Positions 8,608 to 17,170 of a DNA stretch of 64,000 nucleotides are shown in pieces (position 1 is the first letter of the stretch; each line of letters starts with the position of its first letter). Under the pieces are notes generated by a model. The model was not told the origin of the DNA. It saw nothing but the letters and a program-made list of their open reading frames with translations, and searched no databases. The position numbers and the translations under genes were made by a program. Origin of the DNA: a virus; the IMG/VR virus record IMGVR_UViG_3300032245_000473, positions 10,077 to 74,076 of that record; one strand, written 5' to 3'.

Positions 8608-9881
8608 GGGGTTACTCAACTCGCACATTCGTTGTTATTGTCATTGGCACACCGTCAGTCGGTACAGCCGCTGTCACCCTCCAGAACGCCACCTCAGCCG
8701 CTAGCGGCGGCGTCACCATTACCGGCAGCGCAGCCGTCACGCTCACCAACCAGTTCGCTACCGCAACCGCACAAGAAATCTTTGCGGCGTCAGGTGCTCA
8801 AACGCTGGCCTCGCAAACCGGCAGCGGCACCGGCCTAGAAACCATCGCAGGTGCAGGTTCACAAAACCTGACCGGCGCAAACTCACAAGCCTCGGGCACC
8901 GTCACCTCCGCAGTCACCATCACCGGCAGCGGCTCTCCCACCCTTGGGAACTTCACCTCTACTGCGACCGGCACCTCCGCAGTCACCATCACCGGCACCG
9001 GCTCCCCAACCCTCGGGAACTTCACTTCCACCGCAACCGGCACCGCTACTTCCGCCTCCGCCATTACATTTACGGCTGCTGGATCGTCGTCTTCCTCGGG
9101 AACACTTTCCGCACTAGTTGAACACACCGCCTCTCTTTCCGGTTCGGCGGTCAGTACCGGGGCAATTACCGCACTAGTTGAACACACCGCCTCGCTCTCG
9201 GGCGCATCGACCACAACGGGGACCCTCACCGCATCGGTCGAACACATTGTCTCCTCTGCTGGATCGGCGGTTGGCAACGGAACAATTGCTGCACTAGTCG
9301 AACACATCGCCTCACTTCTGGGGGCCTCGACAACTTCTGGCGCTGCTTCCTTCACGTCTGGCACTGTCATTTCCCATACCGCCGTATTGAATGGTTCTAG
9401 TGGTTCCGCTGGATCATCCACCGTCTCCGTAGAACACGTCGTCACGATGGCCGCTGTTTCTGTGGCAGCGGGAACGGCGGCGCTGGTGGTTTCTCGCCAG
9501 TGGACGGCAAGTGGTTCCAGCCTTACCGCAGGAACTGTCACAGCCTCCCCTGCGGTGCAAATCTCGTTCACCGCACAAGGCCAGTCACAGACTTCCGGCA
9601 CTATCAAGACAAAGGCAAATGTTGCCAACATCTTGTGGGCCATTCCCACCAAGTACACGGCCAAGAAATGGAGTGGGTCTGCTTGGGTGGTTAGTCCGCT
9701 GGAGCGCCCCTTGTCCTACGCCCCTACGGGGAGTTGGTCCACAGAGAAAGTGTGGAACGGTACAGAATGGGTGGCTACTCTTCCCTCAAAGACACCCGCT
9801 GAACCGTCGGGAACTTGGGCGGTCAAGCGCAAGTGGAACGGAACCGAGTGGGAAGTACTGAGCCGTGAGTGGGTTTCGTAG
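8604..9881 (+). CDS. Ser/Thr/Ala-rich fibre shaft protein with internal repeats
   Basis: 23-aa repeat x2, about 20-aa ALVEHTASLSG repeat x4, C-terminal W-x-G-x-x-W x3. Confidence 0.75.
   Translation: MRGYSTRTFVVIVIGTPSVGTAAVTLQNATSAASGGVTITGSAAVTLTNQFATATAQEIFAASGAQTLASQTGSGTGLETIAGAGSQNLTGANSQASGTVTSAVTITGSGSPTLGNFTSTATGTSAVTITGTGSPTLGNFTSTATGTATSASAITFTAAGSSSSSGTLSALVEHTASLSGSAVSTGAITALVEHTASLSGASTTTGTLTASVEHIVSSAGSAVGNGTIAALVEHIASLLGASTTSGAASFTSGTVISHTAVLNGSSGSAGSSTVSVEHVVTMAAVSVAAGTAALVVSRQWTASGSSLTAGTVTASPAVQISFTAQGQSQTSGTIKTKANVANILWAIPTKYTAKKWSGSAWVVSPLERPLSYAPTGSWSTEKVWNGTEWVATLPSKTPAEPSGTWAVKRKWNGTEWEVLSREWVS
8903..9340 (+). repeat. intragenic tandem repeats (69-bp x2 and about 60-bp x4)
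   Basis: CACCTCCGCAGTCACCATCACCGGCA... twice; GCACTAGTTGAACACACCGCCTC-like unit every 60 bp. Confidence 0.85.
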
Positions 9882-9903
9882 TAATCTTGCCTCATAGGAG
9901 GGT

Positions 9904-10839
9904 ATGACAATGCCGGGTGCAACGCTTCCGAGTACTGACTCGCTGGTCACTTGGACCGACAACACTGATAACTGGCGAGCGCAAGATGCTGACTTCCTTC
10001 AGCGGCGGTCCATTCTTCGGTTCTCAACATCGTCGGCAAAGATCACGGCCCTCGGGCCGTCGCTGTCGATCCCCTCGCCGTCCGCCGGTCAGGCAGTGTT
10101 TGTCTCTCAGACAAACTCTCTGGAATACCTTGACTCCACTTCTACGTGGCGAACTGTCAATGCATTCAAGAACGCCACGTTTGATGACACCAGCACTTCT
10201 TTCGGTGTCCGCCTTAGCAGTGACGCTACTAACCCTTTGACACTGGAGTCGGGGAAGGTTGTGTTGGGTTCCAACCGTGGTCTTGTTGTTACCGGCTCTT
10301 CCGTGCAGATCAAGACCGGTTCCGCAACTGCTACGTTGACCACGAACAGCACGACTTTGCTGTTTGATACCCCCATTTCAGTTCCTTCTGCCTCACTAGG
10401 TGCGGTGACAGCGACCGGTGTAAACGCTGGGTCGGGGGCGGTTTCGTCGGGAACACTCTCCGTCACAGGACAGGCCACCGTTGGATCGCTGACAAGCGGG
10501 GCTACAACGCTCGGAACAACCACGGCTGCGTCGGTATCCGCCGCCAACCTGACCGCTACCACACTGCTCACGGCTACCACGGGGAGACTGGGGCAGTTGG
10601 AAATGTCCTACTCCGCCTCTACCGGGTCGTCCATTGCGCCGATTGGCTCCACTGTTTGCAACGTACGGTTCCTCTCCAACGAGGTCACAGTGGCAGGTAA
10701 CAAGATCACTCTCGCTCCTACATCTGCAACTACGGCAGTACTTCACGGCAATGGGCTGCCCTTTGCGACCGTGCTGGTGTCAACTGTTACCCCCGTTGCA
10801 GCGCAGTATCCCGAGGGAACTATCTGGGTACAGCCGTGA
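9904..10839 (+). CDS. fibre/whisker protein
   Basis: SD AGGAGG; GQAVFVSQTNSLEY anchor motif, Thr/Ser-rich shaft, ends YPEGTIWVQP. Confidence 0.7.
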   Translation: MTMPGATLPSTDSLVTWTDNTDNWRAQDADFLQRRSILRFSTSSAKITALGPSLSIPSPSAGQAVFVSQTNSLEYLDSTSTWRTVNAFKNATFDDTSTSFGVRLSSDATNPLTLESGKVVLGSNRGLVVTGSSVQIKTGSATATLTTNSTTLLFDTPISVPSASLGAVTATGVNAGSGAVSSGTLSVTGQATVGSLTSGATTLGTTTAASVSAANLTATTLLTATTGRLGQLEMSYSASTGSSIAPIGSTVCNVRFLSNEVTVAGNKITLAPTSATTAVLHGNGLPFATVLVSTVTPVAAQYPEGTIWVQP

Positions 10840-12446
10840 CCGGTATTTACCGCAATTATGGGGGTGACTGGATTGCCGTAGCAGACGGCTCACTTCTGTA
10901 CAGGGACCGAGTCCCTGATAGGTACCGACCTCTTCTTCCGGGTACCTCTCCCCCGACATCCCTTGTTTCAAGTTTCCCGACTCGCCCCCTGTTCGTTACG
11001 CCGAGGAAGGTGTACGTACGGAGTTCTGGGGATAACCCGGTATGGATTGACACCGGTTACAAGTGGGCGTTGGCTAAACCCGGTACCCCATTGCTGAGGG
11101 TGGTAACTGAACAATCGCCCGGAGCCATGACCGTCCTTGGCGTGACATGGGCTGATTCCACGCAGGGAGTCGCCCCTACTGAGTACTGGGTGACCCTGTA
11201 TGACTCCGCAGGCACGCTCATCCAGCGAAAGAGTGTTCTCTACGTTGAGAGGCCCATCGTTTCCAGCGAGCCATACAACAACTCCGTAGAGTTCTCGCTG
11301 TCCTTTGCTTTCGACACCAATTACTACGTTGACGTAACTTCCGTCCGAACAGGGTTTACCAACGTCAAGAGTGCGCCCACCAAGTTCCGCACAGGGCACC
11401 CGGCTGTAACTGGCTCTCAGGCTGTGTACGGATGGGGCGCAGAAACTTCCACTCACCCCACGTTGCTGGCGACGACTTCCCAGCAGGATTCCACTCACTC
11501 AGGAAGTTCCGCCGTGGATTCCAGCGTGGACCTCACCGCCCTGTTCAGTAGTTGGGTATCCGATTACCACACTGCCAGTACAAGTTCTTCTAAGCCTCAT
11601 ACCTTCTGGGAAGGGATCAACTTCACCATCCCTACCAGTACCGGGAAGTTGACCAAGATTCAGGTCATTGCTGATCCTGCTCAGACCATGTATCTCGGAC
11701 TCAATAAGAACGGGTCTTGGCTCGGCGCTATCACCCCCGCCTCGGCAGGTATCGCAACTACGGGATACCGAAACACCGGTTACGGGGAGATTCTGAACCA
11801 CACTCATGCCGCCGTTCACGCCGATCACACCACAAATATCAAGGTGTTCGACGTGTCGTCGTTTGCCTTGGAGTTCAAGGACATTGAGAAGTTCTCACTG
11901 GCAGTTACGAACTTCATCGCTCTCGGCTCCATCGGCGGCTCGGCCGGTACTCCGGTAACGACGACCATTACTCCTGCTGTTCCGTCTGTGAATATCCCGA
12001 CGAACGCTCAGATTATGGTCTTCAACGCCCAGTACAACAACCCTCACGTGCAGTTCTACAACCCAACCACTGCTTCGTATGTAATGAACTCACAGGGTCT
12101 GATCGTGACCGCCCCGGTTACCTACATCTCCGGGTACCGGCCCGCCACCAATGCTACGAAGGACTTGGTTCGTTGGGAAAGGATCACGAACCCGTCGACC
12201 TACCACTTGAGTTCCAACGGGTCAGTTACCTCTGTTTCCCTTGCCTCGTATCGCGCATGGCTGAACAAGGCGGGATCAGCGGCAGTCACTTCTACTACTT
12301 ATGTAGGCGGGTCGCCCCCAACGCCAACATGGCGTGCCCGGATTCAGGATGTCACGCTCTTCTACCAGCCCTACACAATCATCCGTTATGACACTGTGAT
12401 AGTGACGCCATCTGTGGCTGTAGAAATCGGCCCGGACGCTTGGTAA
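10836..12446 (+). CDS. fibre-associated protein with FN3-like domain
   Basis: IYRNYGGDW and KVYVRS..W N-terminal motifs; VTW...EYWVTLY...FDTNYYVDV. Confidence 0.65.
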   Translation: MTGIYRNYGGDWIAVADGSLLYRDRVPDRYRPLLPGTSPPTSLVSSFPTRPLFVTPRKVYVRSSGDNPVWIDTGYKWALAKPGTPLLRVVTEQSPGAMTVLGVTWADSTQGVAPTEYWVTLYDSAGTLIQRKSVLYVERPIVSSEPYNNSVEFSLSFAFDTNYYVDVTSVRTGFTNVKSAPTKFRTGHPAVTGSQAVYGWGAETSTHPTLLATTSQQDSTHSGSSAVDSSVDLTALFSSWVSDYHTASTSSSKPHTFWEGINFTIPTSTGKLTKIQVIADPAQTMYLGLNKNGSWLGAITPASAGIATTGYRNTGYGEILNHTHAAVHADHTTNIKVFDVSSFALEFKDIEKFSLAVTNFIALGSIGGSAGTPVTTTITPAVPSVNIPTNAQIMVFNAQYNNPHVQFYNPTTASYVMNSQGLIVTAPVTYISGYRPATNATKDLVRWERITNPSTYHLSSNGSVTSVSLASYRAWLNKAGSAAVTSTTYVGGSPPTPTWRARIQDVTLFYQPYTIIRYDTVIVTPSVAVEIGPDAW

Positions 12447-12529
12447 TGACACATTGCCAACCAGCGATGGGGTACGATAAGCCCACTGCTGGATGAGCGT
12501 CCAGTGGTTACATCTGCACAGGAGGAACG

Positions 12530-12913
12530 GTGGCCGAAGGCTTCCGCATCGAAGCATCATGGCTTGATGCACTCGACCGTTATGTCGAGGGCCTGAAGGA
12601 AGACGCTGCCGCTGCCGCCGAATCTGCTGCGGAATTCACACACGATGCCGTGATCTCGTACGCTCAGTCCAAGCCTGCATGGGTTGGGTTGGCCGACAAC
12701 ATTCAGAAATGGTCGGTTGACGGACGACTGATGGTCGGATTCCTCGGGAATGAGATGGCCTCGCAGGCCGAAGCCTTGGAGTACGGCGACCTGACCACTC
12801 CCCCCGACTCGCTCTTCCGCACCATGGACCACATCGCCATCATGGCGCAGGACCATTTCAACACCGCTATGCAGGCACGTAGGCCCATCGTCATTCCGGG
12901 GGTCAAGGTATGA
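12530..12913 (+). CDS. neck/tail-completion-region protein
   Basis: SD AGGAGG; EALEYGDLTTPP motif; position. Confidence 0.65.
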   Translation: MAEGFRIEASWLDALDRYVEGLKEDAAAAAESAAEFTHDAVISYAQSKPAWVGLADNIQKWSVDGRLMVGFLGNEMASQAEALEYGDLTTPPDSLFRTMDHIAIMAQDHFNTAMQARRPIVIPGVKV

Positions 12914-13761
12914 GCGGTGTTCGCGCACCGATGCTTGGCACCCCCGATATGGCCACCCATACGGGGTTCATCTTGGCCGAGGACGCTGCCCTGCATACCT
13001 ACCTATCGGGTCTTGAAGTGCCCAACCGCCCCGGAGACTCAAAGATGACCGAGGTTGGCGTGTGGTTCCGCTTCCCTGAGGGTGAGCGGGCCATCAAGTA
13101 CCCCTTCATCACCATCGACCTCATCGACGTTTCCCCGGCCTATGAGTTGTGGACGAGCGAATACATCATGTCCACGGACGGGTTGTACCAGCCTTCGGTC
13201 AGTCCCACGATGCCTGTTCCCGACGCCAACATGAACTTGGACGTGAGGAACTTCCTACCCTTCAAACTGACGTATCAAGTTTCTGTGCATTGCCGATCCT
13301 CTCTGCACGACCGGTACTTGATGAGCCATTTCTTCACTGACGTGTTCCCTCCCCGCCCCTTCTGGATGGGAGTGGACGCTGACAACACGTGGAGGCGCGT
13401 CGAACTGGTGGACTCAGCACAGGCTGACCTCATGGAAACTACTGAAAGTGGTAACAAGCGCATCTTCCGCAAGGTCTACACCATCAGCATGTTGGCGGAA
13501 GTCCCGCAGGAGTCGATCCGTCAGGCTTGGCAGGTGCTGCGTGTCTACACCCCCATCGTGGATCGTTCCTACGTGGACGACTTTCTCTACAACGTCCTTA
13601 CCTACCCGAATACTGGGGAGAGCGTCTTGGGCTTGCCCGATTCTGTCCCGTCTGATTTCCGCGAGCGCCATGGCGAGTACGCCACTGCAATTGCTGACTT
13701 CGCCCACGTCTATCCCTCTACCGCTTCTGCCACTGCTTTAGCATCGGCAGCGAATTCGTAA
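12910..13761 (+). CDS. tail terminator/sheath stabiliser-like protein
   Basis: EDAAL...VWFRFPE...YPFITIDL...YQVS...KRIFRKVYTI; directly before sheath. Confidence 0.65.
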   Translation: MSGVRAPMLGTPDMATHTGFILAEDAALHTYLSGLEVPNRPGDSKMTEVGVWFRFPEGERAIKYPFITIDLIDVSPAYELWTSEYIMSTDGLYQPSVSPTMPVPDANMNLDVRNFLPFKLTYQVSVHCRSSLHDRYLMSHFFTDVFPPRPFWMGVDADNTWRRVELVDSAQADLMETTESGNKRIFRKVYTISMLAEVPQESIRQAWQVLRVYTPIVDRSYVDDFLYNVLTYPNTGESVLGLPDSVPSDFRERHGEYATAIADFAHVYPSTASATALASAANS

Positions 13762-13829
13762 CGCCGTCTGGCTCGTAACACTCCCCCGTTTACCCCATCG
13801 TTTCCACGTCTACAAAGGGAGTCCCCTAA

Positions 13830-15488
13830 ATGCCGCTTCTTTACCGCCGCCCCGGCGTCTACCTTGAGGAGAGTTTGCTCTCGTCAGCAGGTGATGTCTC
13901 CAACGCAACCAGTGTCGCCGTCTTCGTCGGTGCCGCTCCTAAGGGTCCGTTCAACTCGGGCAACATTCCTGTGCCTGTCCGTATCGAAACGTGGGGCGAC
14001 TATGTCGCTCAGTTCGGCGGGTTTGATCCCGTTCCGACCAACACGTCCGGTGTCTGGGCCAAGTCGTACCTTCCCTACGCCGTGTACTCGTACCTCCAGA
14101 ATGGTGGCCGTACGGCGTATGTCGTCCGCTCGGTTTCGGCCTCGCTGAACGGTGCCGCATCATCCAAGGTCGTGACTGGTGTGCAGTTCAGCAATGGCAC
14201 GACTGCTGGCAACGCCTTCACCATTTCGGCCAAGAGTGCCGGTGTGTGGGGCAACCGCCTGTCGTACACGCTGCGTATCTCGTCCACCGTTCCTTCAGCG
14301 GCTCCGTACACCGAAGTGCTGTACACCCTCCAGATTCTGCTTACCACCAACGGTGTTACCGAGATTGTGGACACCTTCAATGTGTCCGCTGCTGGCACCG
14401 TCTCTGGGGTCCCGCTGCTGGCTGATGCCGTCAATGACCCGGTTCGTGGCAGCACCTATGTAACGGTGTCGAACGTCCGCACTGACATTGTTCCCACCGA
14501 GGCTTTGACCGCTGTGGCGCTGACTGGCGGTACTGACCCGAACCTTCCCGGGGCCAGCGAATTGCGTGATTCGGCCATCAAGTCAGTTCCGCAGTTGGAA
14601 GGTCCGCTGATCCTCAACATCTCTGGATACATCAGCAACCAGAACAGCGTCAACACCTCTGACTGGGCTAGCAACTACATCGGTGCGACCTGCTCCAGCA
14701 GCGATTTCAGCGACCGTCAGGACGTGTTCGTCGTCAACGACAACTGCACCCCTCGTCTTTCTGGCGTCACATCCTTGGCGTACGCAACGTCCATGCAAAG
14801 CACCTCGGCCTTGGGAGCCAATTCGGGAGATTCGTACTGCGCTTCCTACGGGCCGTGGCTGCTGATCAACGACCCGGTGAAGTCCACCACCATCACCGCT
14901 ATCCCGCCGGGAGGTGCGGTGATCGGAATGATGGCCCGCATCGACGCAACCATCGGTGTGTGGCGCGCACCGGCCGGTGTGGTTGCTGGACTGAACAACG
15001 TGGTTGGCGTTCAGACAAAGTTCAGCGATAGCGAACTGGGAACCCTGAACAATGCCAACGTCAACATCATCCGTCCGGTGACCGGCGCAGGTATCGCAGT
15101 GATGGGTGCCCGTACCCGGAAGTCGTACAACGCTGACCGTTATGTGTCGGCCCGCCGTACCCTCATCTACATCCGTGAAATCATGCGGCGGTCGACCCAG
15201 TACGCCGTCTTTGAGAACAACGACAGCCGCTTGTGGTCGTCGCTTCGGATGACCGCAGACCGCATCCTCCGCCCCATCTGGGAAGCAGGCGGCTTGCGGG
15301 GAGCGAACGCTGCTCAGGCGTACTACATCCGTTGCGACGAGACGACCAACACCACGGCAGTCATTCAGGCTGGCGAGGTCCGCATGGAAATCGGTGTGGC
15401 CTTGGAGTACCCCGCTGAGTTCGTGATCATTCGCGTGTCGCAGTTTGACCGCAGCCAGACCACCACCGAAGTCACCACGACCAACTGA
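13830..15488 (+). CDS. contractile tail sheath protein
   Basis: YRRPGVYLEE, YGPWL...PPGG.V.G..ARID...GVWRAPAG, GART, YVSARR, AVFENND..LW, YPAEFV. Confidence 0.97.
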   Translation: MPLLYRRPGVYLEESLLSSAGDVSNATSVAVFVGAAPKGPFNSGNIPVPVRIETWGDYVAQFGGFDPVPTNTSGVWAKSYLPYAVYSYLQNGGRTAYVVRSVSASLNGAASSKVVTGVQFSNGTTAGNAFTISAKSAGVWGNRLSYTLRISSTVPSAAPYTEVLYTLQILLTTNGVTEIVDTFNVSAAGTVSGVPLLADAVNDPVRGSTYVTVSNVRTDIVPTEALTAVALTGGTDPNLPGASELRDSAIKSVPQLEGPLILNISGYISNQNSVNTSDWASNYIGATCSSSDFSDRQDVFVVNDNCTPRLSGVTSLAYATSMQSTSALGANSGDSYCASYGPWLLINDPVKSTTITAIPPGGAVIGMMARIDATIGVWRAPAGVVAGLNNVVGVQTKFSDSELGTLNNANVNIIRPVTGAGIAVMGARTRKSYNADRYVSARRTLIYIREIMRRSTQYAVFENNDSRLWSSLRMTADRILRPIWEAGGLRGANAAQAYYIRCDETTNTTAVIQAGEVRMEIGVALEYPAEFVIIRVSQFDRSQTTTEVTTTN

Positions 15489-15504
15489 TCCGTAGGAGGA
15501 AATC

Positions 15505-16134
15505 ATGCCCACTCTCATTGACAACAGGACTCGCGCTCACGCCGATCCGGTTCGCAACTTCAAGTTCCAAGTTCAACTGTTCCACCCGAACGGTGCCTTT
15601 GACAAGGGCATTGCAGAGATGGGATTCATGACCGTCGAAGGTCTGGCGATGAACACGGAAATGGTGCCCTACCGTGAAGGCGGCTGGAACACCAACCCCC
15701 ACAAGTTGCCGGGCCAGACGGACTTCGCTCCGCTCACCCTCAACGCTGGTGTGTTCCACACCAAGACCGGCATGTGGGACATCGCCAAGCGCATGTTCAG
15801 CGTGCAGTGGGGTCAGGGCGATCTGGCCATGGGCGATGAGTACCGTTACGACATGGCCGTTCGTATCTTGGATCACCCCGTCACCATGGGGTCGCAGTCC
15901 GGTACGGGTGGCTCGGCAGATGGTGCCATCTTGGCCTTCGTCTTCTACAACTGCTGGACGGCCAGCATTGGCTTCAATGGCCTCAATGCGCTGGATAACG
16001 CCATCCTCGTTCACCAGATGACGGTGCATCATGAGGGCTTCGACGTGTTCTTCGGTAACACGGAGGCGAAGAATCTTGCCCATAGTTCGGGCACAGGCGG
16101 CGCAGGCGGCGGCGGTCGTCTGCTCATGTCCTGA
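15505..16134 (+). CDS. tail tube protein (T4 gp19-like)
   Basis: DPVRNFKFQV...GF..VEGL...YREGG...KLPGQTDF.PLTL...HEG. Confidence 0.95.
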   Translation: MPTLIDNRTRAHADPVRNFKFQVQLFHPNGAFDKGIAEMGFMTVEGLAMNTEMVPYREGGWNTNPHKLPGQTDFAPLTLNAGVFHTKTGMWDIAKRMFSVQWGQGDLAMGDEYRYDMAVRILDHPVTMGSQSGTGGSADGAILAFVFYNCWTASIGFNGLNALDNAILVHQMTVHHEGFDVFFGNTEAKNLAHSSGTGGAGGGGRLLMS

Positions 16135-16164
16135 AGAATCCACAACTGAAACGGAGAACACACT

Positions 16165-17025
16165 GTGTCAACCACCGGAAACACCGCTGAGGCGTTTGAC
16201 CTCTCGGTACTGGAAACCCCCACGGACTCGAGCCAGAAGAAATCGCAGCAACTTGCTGCGGCAAAGGCGGCTATCGCAGGGTCCACTCCACTCATCCCCG
16301 ATGCACCTAACTGCATCGTGAACCTCCCCCGTGGTTTGTACCAAGGCGGGTCGTGGAAAACAGAAGCCGAAGTGCGTGAGTTGAACGGAGCCGATGAAGA
16401 GGCTTTGGCACGCGCTAAGGAATCTGTCGACTTCTTCGACCTCGTCTTGGCCCACGGGGTGGTTCGGGTGGACAACATCAACCTCTCTGGCATGGCGGTT
16501 CCCGACCGTCAAGCAGCCCTTCGGGAGTTGCTGGTTGGTGAACGGTCACAGTTGCTGTTGGCGATTCTTACCGTCACCTATGGCAACGAGAAGATTCTCA
16601 ACCTCACGTGCCCGCATTGCGAGATGGAGCAGGAAGCCACCCTGCTCCTCAAGGAAGACTTCAAGCCCAAGGCTGTGGAAGATGTGCATGCTTCGACCTT
16701 TCACTACACCTCGGCCAAGGGTGATGACATCGAATACCGACTGGTCACTGGCGCAGATCAGTTGGAAGCCCTCAAGCGCAAGGGTGCCACTACTGCTGAA
16801 CAGAACACTCTCATCCTGTCCCGCTGCATCACCAAGGTGAATGGCGCATTGGTCGTCAGCCCTACCGAGTTCGCTCGTAACTTGGGTATGAAGGACCGAA
16901 CCGCCATGCTCACAGAAATGGTCAGCAAGCAACCCGACATCGACCTGTCGGTACAAATGGGATGTCTGGGCTGCGGGGGTGACATCATCCTCGCCCTTGG
17001 GTGGGGTGATTTGTTTCGCGCTTGA
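16165..17025 (+). CDS. tail assembly chaperone/baseplate hub assembly protein (gp26-like, two CxxC)
   Basis: AEVRELNGADEEAL, CPHC, CLGC, ends DLFRA; between tube and tape measure. Confidence 0.8.
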   Translation: MSTTGNTAEAFDLSVLETPTDSSQKKSQQLAAAKAAIAGSTPLIPDAPNCIVNLPRGLYQGGSWKTEAEVRELNGADEEALARAKESVDFFDLVLAHGVVRVDNINLSGMAVPDRQAALRELLVGERSQLLLAILTVTYGNEKILNLTCPHCEMEQEATLLLKEDFKPKAVEDVHASTFHYTSAKGDDIEYRLVTGADQLEALKRKGATTAEQNTLILSRCITKVNGALVVSPTEFARNLGMKDRTAMLTEMVSKQPDIDLSVQMGCLGCGGDIILALGWGDLFRA

Positions 17026-17026
17026 C

Positions 17027-17170
17027 ATGCAGACCCTCTATCTGGAGTACGACATGCTCGCCATGACGTACAGCGGATGGGGACTGAATGAGTTGAAATC
17101 GCTGACATACCGTGAGCGCCAGTACTGGAAACGATTGAACTCTTGGAGGAGGGAGCGAAATGGAACCTAA
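17027..17170 (+). CDS. small chaperone C-terminal module (gp51-like); possibly reached by +1 frameshift
   Basis: YLEYDMLAMTYSGWGLNELKSLTYRERQYW. Confidence 0.7.
   Translation: MQTLYLEYDMLAMTYSGWGLNELKSLTYRERQYWKRLNSWRRERNGT

Noticed and set aside
12447-12529. TTGCCA...TACGAT promoter and a small hairpin
   Set aside because: Spacer is only 13 bp and the stem is weak; not supportable
14583-15524. Long minus-strand ORFs (also 8798-9664, 44053-44865, 45893-46657, 49191-49931, 56250-56963)
   Set aside because: Antisense shadows of well-supported GC-rich plus-strand genes, with no motifs or start signals
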